Shown here: one piece after another, positions 19,695-28,383 of the stretch
Numbering within the stretch: position 1 is the stretch's first letter
Layout: each line of letters opens with the position of its first letter
Assembly: GCA_030586555.1 (NCBI GenBank)
Contig: JAURAC010000010.1
Span: 8,730 to 72,729 of the forward strand
DNA length: 64,000 nucleotides
Direction: 5' to 3'
From: Candidatus Subterrananammoxibius californiae
Lineage (GTDB): Bacteria; Planctomycetota; Brocadiia; Brocadiales; Subterrananammoxibiaceae
Translations under genes and position numbers: made by a program
The notes under the pieces: model-generated
Databases searched by the model: none
What the model saw: only the letters and a program-made list of their open reading frames with translations
Told to the model about the DNA's origin: nothing

Positions 19695-19928
19695 TTATCC
19701 ACGATTGGTCTTTTGATATTGGTGTATGACCAGTTTCATAGTCTGTCTGTCGTTGCTGCTTCCAACAATTTGCATCTCAACCAATTGGCCAGGTTCTATT
19801 CCTACGTTGCGGCGAATGTTATCTGGAATGAAGATTCTTCCCTTTTCATCAACATTAGTAAATGCTCGTATCAGCCCGCCTGCCATTTGTCGGGCAGGTC
19901 GGCTTTGGCATGGTTGTGTTAAAGGCAC
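19695..19928 (-). CDS. AbrB/MazE/SpoVT-type DNA-binding protein
   Basis: VDEKGRIFIPDNIRRNVGIEPGQLVEM; GGGAGG Shine-Dalgarno before GTG. Confidence 0.75.
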   Translation of the reverse strand: MPLTQPCQSRPARQMAGGLIRAFTNVDEKGRIFIPDNIRRNVGIEPGQLVEMQIVGSSNDRQTMKLVIHQYQKTNRG

Positions 19929-20047
19929 CTGTATAACCTCCCATCTATTTTTCTAAAAAGAGGGTAGCCGCAGATCGTGCCAGAGGCAGATTCGCCTCTG
20001 GCGAACTTTAGCCTGCGTAAAATAGCTTTTGAAAAAGTAAGAGCATG

Positions 20048-20362
20048 CTAAACCCTGCATCTTGCCTCGCCAATCTTACCTATTATTATCTTGGACCAAG
20101 CAGCCCGTGCCTCATTCATCATGGTTCTCCACCTACACAGCATCTCTGTTACTCCCTTCTTCATCTCGGCTACTTCATTCTTTCTCTTGTTGATTGTATC
20201 CTTAAATACATTCATCATCTCCTTAGCTTCTGCCTGCATCTTCTTAACTTCTGCTTTTATTTCCTTAACTTCTGTTTGTCTTTCTTTTCTGGCTTTATTT
20301 CTTTCTTCACGGGAATCAACTATAGCATCAACAAGTGCTGAAAGGTCACTTACTATTGACAT
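20048..20362 (-). CDS. Small alpha-helical protein directly after gvpA (GvpC-like)
   Basis: Charged amphipathic helical sequence located between gvpA and gvpN; GAGG Shine-Dalgarno. Confidence 0.6.
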   Translation of the reverse strand: MSIVSDLSALVDAIVDSREERNKARKERQTEVKEIKAEVKKMQAEAKEMMNVFKDTINKRKNEVAEMKKGVTEMLCRWRTMMNEARAAWSKIIIGKIGEARCRV

Positions 20363-20416
20363 TTTTTTATTCCTCTATTAATACGTTAACTGTGTAATTA
20401 TTCTTAGAAGGTGGTC

Positions 20417-20447
20417 CACAGAGACCCGCCAGAGGCGGGTCTCTGTG
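20417..20447 (-). terminator. Strong hairpin just downstream of gvpA (mRNA stabiliser or partial terminator)
   Basis: CACAGAGACCCGCC-AGA-GGCGGGTCTCTGTG, 14-bp stem; no clear U-tract. Confidence 0.5.
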
Positions 20448-20476
20448 AGCCTTGCCTTCTATCAGGATGCGCCTCA

Positions 20477-20692
20477 TTAAGCAGGGACTGCGGCTTGAGG
20501 GGTCAATCCTATTGCCTCTGCATACTTCAAGAAGGTCTCTACAGAAGCGATGACAACACGTGCTTCTATAGTAATAAGTTCGATGCCGACCAGGGATATC
20601 CTGAGCCATGCATCAACCACGATACCCTTGTCAAGAATTCTGTCTAAGACCTCAACCACGCTTGAAGATGGGTTAGACTTTTCTACTGCCAT
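20477..20692 (-). CDS. gvpA: Major gas vesicle structural protein GvpA
   Basis: [64 protein letters not shown]. Confidence 0.98.
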   Translation of the reverse strand: MAVEKSNPSSSVVEVLDRILDKGIVVDAWLRISLVGIELITIEARVVIASVETFLKYAEAIGLTPQAAVPA

Positions 20693-20777
20693 TGTTATTC
20701 ACCCCCTTTCGTCCGCCTTAGGCGGATTAAAAATTTACAAATTTGTTTCTATTGCCGCTAACCAGACGTATAGTTAA

Positions 20778-20793
20778 TGCGAATCTTGTACCA
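20778..20793 (-). promoter_or_regulatory. Putative sigma54 (-24/-12) promoter for gvpA
   Basis: Minus strand TGGTACAAGATTCGCA has GG-N10-GC spacing, about 85 nt upstream of the gvpA ATG. Confidence 0.6.
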
Positions 20794-20968
20794 AAGAAAT
20801 TTCGTAAAACAAAGACCCATTAATTCAGGCATAACACACACTACGGCAAATGCTAATGATTTTAAACTTTTAGACTGGCAATCCTTCAGTTATAAGACCA
20901 GAAAATGCTTGTATGGCAGTAGTCCCACAGGTTATTGAATGTGTTCCATGGTTTTTATCAAAAAACGA

Positions 20969-20997
20969 TTGACACATTCCTTGTGATTGATTAGAAT
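20969..20997 (+). promoter_or_regulatory. Putative sigma70 promoter for the thiC-family gene
   Basis: TTGACA-17 nt-TAGAAT. Confidence 0.65.
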
Positions 20998-21081
20998 TCT
21001 CCAAAGGCTTTTCCCTGAATGGCTTTATCAGGGGCTTGTTCCTGGATGGCTTTGACCAGGGATTTGAAGGGGGATGAACAG

Positions 21082-22410
21082 ATGAAAATTCAAATGGAAG
21101 TGGCAAGAAAAGGTGAAATAACAAGCGCCATGGAAGAGGCGGCAAAATACGACAACGTCTGTCCTGAGTTTATCAGGGACGGCATCGCAAATGGCACTAT
21201 TGTAATTTCTGGCAACGTACACCGAAAGTCCCGCGTTGTAGGCATCGGCAAGGGGCTTAGGACTAAGGTAAATGCAAGTATAGGCACATCTCCTGACATT
21301 GTTGATATTGATATGGAGATAAAGAAGGCAAAGGTGGCTGAAAAATATGGGGCTGATACCTTAATGGAACTTTCGACTGGAGGGGATTTAAATGAGGTAC
21401 GGCGTCGTGTGCTTGAGTCCACCAGCCTGATGGTTGGGACCGTGCCTTTATATCAAGCTGCAATCGAAACAATCAGAAAAAAGGGTTCTGTGGTTCACAT
21501 GGAAGCAGATTTCCTCTTTGATATAATTGAGCAGCAGGCTGAAGAAGGTATCGGGTTTATGGCAATACACTGCGGGATAAACTTACTCACGCTTGAGCGG
21601 CTTAGAAAACAGGGGTATAGATTCGGGGGGCTTGTTAGCCGTGGAGGCTCATTCCTCACAGCATGGATGAACCATAATAATAAGGAAAACCCACTATATG
21701 AGCAGATTGACCGCCTGATTGATATTATGAAAAGGCACGACGTAATCCTAAGCCTCGGAAATGGCTTAAGGGCAGGGGCTGTACACGATAGCACGGATAG
21801 GGCACAGATTCAAGAACTTATTATGAACTCAGAAATTGCTGAACATGCCCAGAAAAGGGGCGTGCAGGTTATTGTGGAAGGACCCGGTCATATCCCCATT
21901 GATGAGATAGAAGCGAATGTTATACTACAAAAGAGGCTTAGCAATAATGCCCCATTTTATATGCTCGGTCCCATTACCACAGATGTTGCCCCTGGCTATG
22001 ACCATATCTCCGCCGCAATAGGGGCGGCATTATCGTCCAGATACGGCGCCGATTTTATATGCTACGTTACCCCGCCTGAGCATCTTGCCCTGCCTACGCC
22101 CGACGATGTGCGGGAGGGGGTTATGGCAGCGCGCATCGCCGTTCATGTCGGCGACATGGTAAAATTAAAGGATAAGGTTAAAAACGCTGATTTAAAGATG
22201 GGTATTGCAAGACGTGACCTCGATTGGGATACCCAATACAAAACCGCTATCAGCGCTGAAAGGGCAAAGGAAATACGAGGCAGCCGCCCGCCGATGGATG
22301 AAGACACCTGCACCATGTGCGGAAAGCTCTGCTCCTTAAAAACCGTAAAGAAATATTACCAGGATACACTTGAAGACAGCAAGAAAAAGAGTTACGTAGC
22401 AGCATTGTAA
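21082..22410 (+). CDS. thiC: ThiC-family radical SAM enzyme (phosphomethylpyrimidine synthase or BzaF-like 5-hydroxybenzimidazole synthase)
   Basis: TKVNASIGTS, VGTVPLYQ, VEGPGH, GYDHI, CYVTPPEHL, C-terminal CTMCGKLC; ATG at 21082 follows AAGGGGG. Confidence 0.88.
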   Translation: MKIQMEVARKGEITSAMEEAAKYDNVCPEFIRDGIANGTIVISGNVHRKSRVVGIGKGLRTKVNASIGTSPDIVDIDMEIKKAKVAEKYGADTLMELSTGGDLNEVRRRVLESTSLMVGTVPLYQAAIETIRKKGSVVHMEADFLFDIIEQQAEEGIGFMAIHCGINLLTLERLRKQGYRFGGLVSRGGSFLTAWMNHNNKENPLYEQIDRLIDIMKRHDVILSLGNGLRAGAVHDSTDRAQIQELIMNSEIAEHAQKRGVQVIVEGPGHIPIDEIEANVILQKRLSNNAPFYMLGPITTDVAPGYDHISAAIGAALSSRYGADFICYVTPPEHLALPTPDDVREGVMAARIAVHVGDMVKLKDKVKNADLKMGIARRDLDWDTQYKTAISAERAKEIRGSRPPMDEDTCTMCGKLCSLKTVKKYYQDTLEDSKKKSYVAAL

Positions 22411-22513
22411 GGTGTCCTTAAAACTTTGCGAACCTTTGCGTCCTTTGCGAGAAAAAAATTTATTTCACGCAGAGAACGCAAAGAGCGCGAAAATACAGGA
22501 AAGGAGGAGCATT

Positions 22514-23422
22514 ATGAAAAGGGTTAAAGACATACTGGCGGTTATGGTTGGAATTAGTTTTTTTATGTTCGCATTAGGTAGATTAGGTTATGCCAAGCCA
22601 AATATTCCAAAGGAAAAGATTCCATCCGACATCCCTTCTGAGATAAGGGAACAGATTGAACGGTTATATTCTGAAAATCCATTATTACGAGCAGATGCAG
22701 CTAGTGAGTTAGCACACTTAGTAGAAACAGGTGCTACGGTTACTGTTGCAGTGCCATTTTTGATAGCAGTTCTTAAGGATGAAGACCCCATTGTTCGAGC
22801 ATATGCGGCAGACGCGATAGGAAGAACAAAAGATATTCGGGCTATTGAACCATTAATCGAAACTATTAGGAATGAAAATGAAATTAAGGACTATGACAAA
22901 CTGTTTAGTTTACTTCGTAAAATACTTGACGTGCCAGATGTCCGTTGTGAAATAATAGAAGCGCTATCTACCATTGGTAAGCCTGGCGTAAAGCAATTAA
23001 CTGCGTCTCTTAAAGATGGAAATTTGAATGTACGATTTGCAACTGTAGTAGCTTTAGGACGCATAAAAGAAAGTTGTGCTATTAAACCGTTAATTGAAAC
23101 CCTTAATGACGAAAGCAAGCTTGTCCGACAAGCAGCATCAGTGGCTTTGGGAGAAATAGGCAATAATTTAGCTGTCGAACCGTTGATAAGAACGTTAGAA
23201 GATAAGGAACAGAGTGTAAGAAGTAAAGGTGCAGAGGCACTGGGGAAAATAAAAGACCCTCGTGCCGTTGAGCCGTTGATTGCTGCCCTTAAAGATAAAG
23301 ATTCGGGTGTCAGAGGGGATGCGGCACTGGCACTGGGGGATATAACAGGGCAAAACTTTGGAGAAGACCCGGCAAAATGGCAGGGGTGGTGGAAGGAAAA
23401 CAAGAACAGATTTGGCAAATAG
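22514..23422 (+). CDS. Exported HEAT/PBS-lyase repeat protein
   Basis: Signal peptide after AAGGAGG; repeated VR..AA.ALG.I.D..A.EPLI. Confidence 0.88.
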   Translation: MKRVKDILAVMVGISFFMFALGRLGYAKPNIPKEKIPSDIPSEIREQIERLYSENPLLRADAASELAHLVETGATVTVAVPFLIAVLKDEDPIVRAYAADAIGRTKDIRAIEPLIETIRNENEIKDYDKLFSLLRKILDVPDVRCEIIEALSTIGKPGVKQLTASLKDGNLNVRFATVVALGRIKESCAIKPLIETLNDESKLVRQAASVALGEIGNNLAVEPLIRTLEDKEQSVRSKGAEALGKIKDPRAVEPLIAALKDKDSGVRGDAALALGDITGQNFGEDPAKWQGWWKENKNRFGK

Positions 23423-23522
23423 GTGAAGAGGCTAAAAGGCAAAGAGGTTGAGCGGTTAAGAAGTTGAGAGGCTTAGAGGTGATGGTATAATAGAAGCGGT
23501 CGGTGCTTAAGGATACGATGGG

Positions 23523-23801
23523 ATGCGTGCGTTAGAGCGAATACGCCGAGCTGTCCGTGAACAAAGGTATCGTATCAGTTCACATGCTAATGAGGAGATG
23601 TCTAAGGACGAACTTGAGGCAAAGGACGTTGAAATGGTCATTCTTACGGGTAAAGTTGCACGAAAGTTTACTCGTGACCCACGTGGTACTCGTTATGAAG
23701 TGGCAGGTAACACCACGGATGGTCGTTGCACTCACGTAGTATGTCGTTTTCTTCTATCCGGCGAGTTGTTAATCATTACGGCTTTTGTTGAAGGAAGATA
23801 A
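23523..23801 (+). CDS. DUF4258-like putative toxin
   Basis: ISSHANEEM...RYEVAG...HVVCRF...IITAF; precedes a Zn-finger antitoxin. Confidence 0.75.
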   Translation: MRALERIRRAVREQRYRISSHANEEMSKDELEAKDVEMVILTGKVARKFTRDPRGTRYEVAGNTTDGRCTHVVCRFLLSGELLIITAFVEGR

Positions 23802-23806
23802 AGGCA

Positions 23807-24061
23807 ATGGTAACGCAAAAAAAGGATTTATGCGAATTTTGCGAAGGTAAAGTAGAATATCATCTAATTCAGGCCATGTTTCATTTTAAAGGTCAGACAA
23901 TTTATGTGGACAACGTCCCGGCATGGGTTTGCAAAAGATGCGGTGAACAGTATTTCGATGCGCCCGTTTACAAACGGTTAGAGGAGATTGCCCGACGTCG
24001 TAGTCGAATCAAAAAGACAGTCCGTTTTCCACTTGCAGAGTATAATATGATTCTTAGCTGA
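23807..24061 (+). CDS. YgiT/MqsA-type zinc-finger putative antitoxin
   Basis: CEFC...NVPAWVCKRCGEQYF. Confidence 0.82.
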   Translation: MVTQKKDLCEFCEGKVEYHLIQAMFHFKGQTIYVDNVPAWVCKRCGEQYFDAPVYKRLEEIARRRSRIKKTVRFPLAEYNMILS

Positions 24062-24063
24062 AT

Positions 24064-24288
24064 TTGAAAATGAAGATAAAATACGACCCAGAGGTGGATG
24101 CAGCCTATATATCTTTTAAAAAGGGACCCGTAGAGGTAACAACAATTCGTTTATCAGAAGATATTGCTATAGACTTGGGTCCGAATGAGGAAATAGTAGG
24201 GATTGAGATTCTGTACGCATCAGAACATTTTGGCTTTAAAAAAGAAAATCCAGGGATAGAACTTGAGAATATTAAGGCATTGGGTTAG
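24064..24288 (+). CDS. DUF2283-like protein
   Basis: MKIKYDPEVDAAYISF...IVGIEILYAS. Confidence 0.82.
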   Translation: MKMKIKYDPEVDAAYISFKKGPVEVTTIRLSEDIAIDLGPNEEIVGIEILYASEHFGFKKENPGIELENIKALG

Positions 24289-24330
24289 AGTTAGGTTCCA
24301 CAACGTCCCATTATCATCTGGGATAAAGCG

Positions 24331-24561
24331 ATGTTTACAATAGAAGACTATGAAATAGTAATTTATCCCTCACCTGATAAGGATGAACATTGGCTTTATG
24401 TTCGATTCCCTGACATTCCTGAAATACTTACAGGAGGAAGTACAATAGAGGAGGCAATTCAAAACGCAAAAGAAGCATTTCAATGTCATACGGAGGCATT
24501 GCAAAAACAGGGTAGAGAGTTGCCACCTCCTTCCAAAAGGTTGACACATATCGAAAGGTAA
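24331..24561 (+). CDS. HicB-family antitoxin (orphan)
   Basis: YVRFPDIPEILTGGSTIEEAIQNAKEA...LPPPS. Confidence 0.85.
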   Translation: MFTIEDYEIVIYPSPDKDEHWLYVRFPDIPEILTGGSTIEEAIQNAKEAFQCHTEALQKQGRELPPPSKRLTHIER

Positions 24562-24579
24562 GCCGGTTTAATAAATACC

Positions 24580-26082
24580 ATGCGTGTTATCTTACTTGAA
24601 CATCCACGCCCACTTGACCCTGAAAGGTTTCAGGATGTGGTAAACGCCCCTCTCTCTGCCTGCCTCACCACAGGATACATTGCCTCGGTATTACATGCCA
24701 ACAAAATCCAGGTTGAAATCGTTGACGCCAATCTTTATGGTTGGTCTGCAGAAAAAACCATCACCGAATTATGTAAAAAGTCATTTGACCTTTTAGGAGT
24801 TCATACCGTCTATCTGTGGGACAATACTAAGAGCGTTTTTGATATGCTGCTGCGTCTGCGAGAGCATGGCATTAAAGCACACATAAATCTCTACGGATTC
24901 TACCCAACCTTTGCATACGAAAGAATACTACTGGAATACCCATTTATAGACTCTGTAACTATTGGTGAACCAGAGTTGACCTTCCTTGAACTTGCTCAGA
25001 AAATGACGGCTGGTTTGAAAAATCCACAATACAATACCGATGGTCTCGCATGTAGTTTCAATAACGCCAGCGTTGTGAAAAACAAGCCGCGCCAACGGAT
25101 TGTTGATTTAGATGGGTTGCCTTTTCCTTTGCGTTACATCCCCCTCACCCCTAACCCTCTCCACAAGGGGAGAGGGAAGGGTGGGGGTAAGAAAAAGGGT
25201 ATTCACACCTATATCTTAGGAAGCCGTGGATGCTATGGCAATTGTACGTTCTGCTATATAAACCCGTTTTATGGTGATAATTCTTTGTGGCGGGGGAGAA
25301 GTCCTGAAAATATCCTTGAGGAAATCTGCCAGCTTCACGAGCGCCATAAAATTAACTACTTTTATTTTGCCGACGCTAACTTTTTTGGGCCTGATAAATA
25401 TGGAAAAGAACGTGCAAGAAGATTAGCTGAACTTATAATTAGGAATGGCTTAAAGATAGGTTTTGGTATCGAATGCAGGGCTAATGATGTTGAAGAAAAA
25501 ACATTTTCAGCGCTTGTCAATGCAGGCCTTAAGCAGGTCTTTCTTGGCATTGAAAGCGGCAGTCAAACCTCGTTAAACAGGTTTAAAAAGGGTGTTTCTG
25601 TTGAGGTTAATAAGCGCGCTATCCAGACAATAAGACGATTCGGTATTGAGCTGTCTTTAGGCTTCATTATGTTTGAGCCGTATTCTACAATAGCCGATAT
25701 AAGAGCAAACTTTGAATTTCTAAAGGAAATGAATTTGCTGACCACTCCTTCTGCTACCGCGCACTTGCTACACCATAAAGAGACATTGTTTCAAGGCACG
25801 CCTGATTATACCCAAATATTTAATGGGCAGGGAAACCATGCCCCTACGGGATATGAAGCAACATACACATTTAAGGACGAACGTGTCACCATGCTTTTTA
25901 ATCTGGCTACTCATATTTGTCAGAAGGCGCTCACACAAATGTGGAATGCGGAGTGCGGAGTGTGGAGTGGAAAAACTTCTTTGAATTCCGCAATCCGCAA
26001 TCCGCAATCCGTATTTGAAAATCAGTCGCTTATTGATTCCTTTGAATCCGCCTTAGGCGGACTGAGAGACCTCGAAAAGTAG
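24580..26082 (+). CDS. B12-binding domain radical SAM protein
   Basis: SRGCYGNCTFC (CxxxCxxC), GEPE, FLGIESG; N-terminal cobalamin-binding-like region. Confidence 0.9.
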   Translation: MRVILLEHPRPLDPERFQDVVNAPLSACLTTGYIASVLHANKIQVEIVDANLYGWSAEKTITELCKKSFDLLGVHTVYLWDNTKSVFDMLLRLREHGIKAHINLYGFYPTFAYERILLEYPFIDSVTIGEPELTFLELAQKMTAGLKNPQYNTDGLACSFNNASVVKNKPRQRIVDLDGLPFPLRYIPLTPNPLHKGRGKGGGKKKGIHTYILGSRGCYGNCTFCYINPFYGDNSLWRGRSPENILEEICQLHERHKINYFYFADANFFGPDKYGKERARRLAELIIRNGLKIGFGIECRANDVEEKTFSALVNAGLKQVFLGIESGSQTSLNRFKKGVSVEVNKRAIQTIRRFGIELSLGFIMFEPYSTIADIRANFEFLKEMNLLTTPSATAHLLHHKETLFQGTPDYTQIFNGQGNHAPTGYEATYTFKDERVTMLFNLATHICQKALTQMWNAECGVWSGKTSLNSAIRNPQSVFENQSLIDSFESALGGLRDLEK

Positions 26083-26097
26083 GAACAGAATTAAATC

Positions 26098-26622
26098 ATG
26101 GACAAAAGGACCATCTTAATTATCCTTATAGCTACTCTTATTGCTACAGGGGTATACAATTTTTATCACTTCAGTAACAGGCGCAAGCCTCGGTCTAATT
26201 CTGTAGGGGCGGGTTTTAAACCCACCCCTACTTCGAGAATGGTGGAAAGAAATCCTGAAAAACCAATCCAAAAGGTTTCGTCAAAAGCAAGTCCCCGGAA
26301 CTTGCTTTTGACTCTCCCAGAAGGCTGGGGACGGAATCCATTCCTAACACCTGCTGAAATTAAACAAATCCAGGCAGCCAAAAATCCATTTACTGAGAAG
26401 GAATCTGAACCATTACCTCAATATGAGCTAACATCCATACTTATCAGCGGCGCTCTAAAGGTGGCTGTTATTGACGGCAAGATTGTCAGTCCCGGCGACT
26501 CCATTGGCAGGGAAATAGTTAATGAAATTTCAACGGATGGCGTTGTGCTGGCAATGGGCGGTAATCTCAGAATGATTAAGCTGAAGCAGGGTAAGACAGA
26601 GATAAAGGTAAGAACACCATGA
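26098..26622 (+). CDS. Membrane-anchored protein, GspB/MshK/PilP-like
   Basis: N-terminal TM; RNPF then LTSILISG..VAVIDGKIV..GDSIG. Confidence 0.55.
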   Translation: MDKRTILIILIATLIATGVYNFYHFSNRRKPRSNSVGAGFKPTPTSRMVERNPEKPIQKVSSKASPRNLLLTLPEGWGRNPFLTPAEIKQIQAAKNPFTEKESEPLPQYELTSILISGALKVAVIDGKIVSPGDSIGREIVNEISTDGVVLAMGGNLRMIKLKQGKTEIKVRTP

Positions 26623-27623
26623 ATTGGAATCAAGTTAATTATCTTTACGAGCTGGCATACGGATTTTGGAAGTCCCAGATAATATTTACTGCTGTTGAAT
26701 CAGGAGTTTTTACGCTAATAGCGGATAATGGGAAAACGGCAGGCGGAATTGCTTTACAATTAAAGACGAACAAGCGTGCCACAGAAATGCTTCTAAATGC
26801 CTTGGTTGCCCTTGGTCTATTAAGAAAGGCTAAAGACAAGTTCTTTAATACACCTTTATCAAATCAGTACCTTGTTCGTGGCGCGCCATTCTATATAGGC
26901 GATTCTATTCACCACATGCACAATTTGTGGGATAACTGGTCAAAACTTGGAAGGGCTGTCAAAACAGGAAAACCCGTTGCTTTTAAGAATGCAAAGAAAA
27001 AAGTCAATGCAGGCAGGACGCGCGACTTTATTGCTGCAATGCAAAATATTGGGAGAACAAAGGCGGCTGAGATTGCTAAAAGATTCGATTTAAAGGGGTG
27101 TCGCAAGCTATTGGACCTCGGCGGCGGTCCCGGCACTTACTCTATTGAGTTTACAAAACGTAACCATCGGCTTAAAGCAATAGTATTTGATTTAGAAGAT
27201 GTGATAAGGCTTGCAAAAAGATATATTAAGGATGCAGGCATGCAGGAGAGGGTTTCCACAATTGCAGGGGACTGTCTTAAGGATGATTTAGGCACTAACC
27301 TATATGACGTCGCTTTTGTTTCAAATATTCTACACATATACGACCCTGAAACGAACATCGAAATATTAAAAAAGTGCTGGGAATCACTGGTTGATAACGG
27401 CAAGGTTGTTATTCATGAGTTTGTTTTAGATAGAACAAAGACACGGCCGCAGTTTGGGGCATTGTTCAGTCTGCAAATGTTACTCGGCACGATGGGTGGC
27501 GCATCTTATAGCGAGCAAGAATACAGGGATTGGCTGCCAAAGGCTGGATTTAAAGCCATTAAAAGAATCAATCTCCCATCCGATTCTTCGTTGCTTATCG
27601 GTGTAAAAAAGCCAGTTTCCTAA
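26619..27623 (+). CDS. SAM-dependent O-methyltransferase (dimerisation domain plus Methyltransf_2 type)
   Basis: LLNALVALGLL, LLDLGGGPG, VFDL, SNILH. Confidence 0.9.
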   Translation: MNWNQVNYLYELAYGFWKSQIIFTAVESGVFTLIADNGKTAGGIALQLKTNKRATEMLLNALVALGLLRKAKDKFFNTPLSNQYLVRGAPFYIGDSIHHMHNLWDNWSKLGRAVKTGKPVAFKNAKKKVNAGRTRDFIAAMQNIGRTKAAEIAKRFDLKGCRKLLDLGGGPGTYSIEFTKRNHRLKAIVFDLEDVIRLAKRYIKDAGMQERVSTIAGDCLKDDLGTNLYDVAFVSNILHIYDPETNIEILKKCWESLVDNGKVVIHEFVLDRTKTRPQFGALFSLQMLLGTMGGASYSEQEYRDWLPKAGFKAIKRINLPSDSSLLIGVKKPVS

Positions 27624-28111
27624 TTTCTAAAAATTGTAAAGATAATAAACAATATAAAAAATACTCCAGCAAGACAGGCGTTGATGAACACGCCTGAGAC
27701 AGAGCCGAGAAAAGAGCCGGTTGCGGCTTTTAGCGCCCTTGTTTTGTCTCTGTGAAAGATAAACTCAGCGGCAAGCACGCCTAAGAAAATGCCGAGAAAT
27801 CCTCCAAAAGGCGGAAAGAGAATAAGCCCAATAATAAGCCCTAAAAATCCGAAAATAATCCCCTTTTTTGACGCCCCTCCGTACTTGGCGCCAAGAATGC
27901 CTGCAAAATAATCAATGAATATAGAAGCAATAAGTATGCCTCCCAGTATTCCTAAATTTATCGGGGTAAGGTTTTGAAAACCATCTATAAATCCAAAAAG
28001 GGCTGCCATAGCAAACATATAGGGAATGCCCGGCATCGCAGGTATAAATACCATAAAAACACCGGGCAGAATTAGAACAATGAAGATTATTTTAAGCAGT
28101 ATTGGAAGCAT
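27620..28111 (-). CDS. DUF456-like membrane protein
   Basis: Hydrophobic; PAMPG, GAKYGGASKKG, PPFG. Confidence 0.8.
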   Translation of the reverse strand: MLPILLKIIFIVLILPGVFMVFIPAMPGIPYMFAMAALFGFIDGFQNLTPINLGILGGILIASIFIDYFAGILGAKYGGASKKGIIFGFLGLIIGLILFPPFGGFLGIFLGVLAAEFIFHRDKTRALKAATGSFLGSVSGVFINACLAGVFFILFIIFTIFRN

Positions 28112-28119
28112 AATAAAAT

Positions 28120-28383
28120 CAGTAGACAGCAGGTAGTAGACAGCATACAGGAAGAAATGCTTTTTCCTCTGTCTACCGTCTACTATCTACTTTTTTGTTT
28201 AACTGGTGCCGGAGGGGGGAGTCGAACCCCCACGGGGTTTGAGCCCCACCAGATTTTGAGTCTGGCGCGTCTGCCAATTCCACCACTCCGGCGTATACAT
28301 CAGTAGACAGTAGGTAGTAGACAGCATATAGGGAAAAATGCTTTTTCCCCGGTCTCCTGTCTACCGTTTACTGTCTACTTTTT
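28120..28383. repeat. Two similar AGTAGAC-heptamer inverted repeats flanking tRNA-Leu
   Basis: CAGTAGACAG(C/T)AGGTAGTAGACAGCAT...CTGTCTACCGT(C/T)TACT at about 28120-28190 and 28300-28380; third variant at 32098-32180. Confidence 0.7.
28204..28292 (-). tRNA. tRNA-Leu(CAA)
   Basis: GCCGGAGTGGTGGAATTGGCAGACGCGCCAGACTCAAAATCTGGT...GGTTCGACTCCCCCCTCCGGCACCA; long variable arm, CCA end. Confidence 0.95.

Noticed and set aside
20930..21081. TPP or cobalamin riboswitch upstream of the thiC-like gene
   Set aside because: Leader after the predicted promoter is only about 80 nt and lacks the conserved CUGAGA or B12-box motifs
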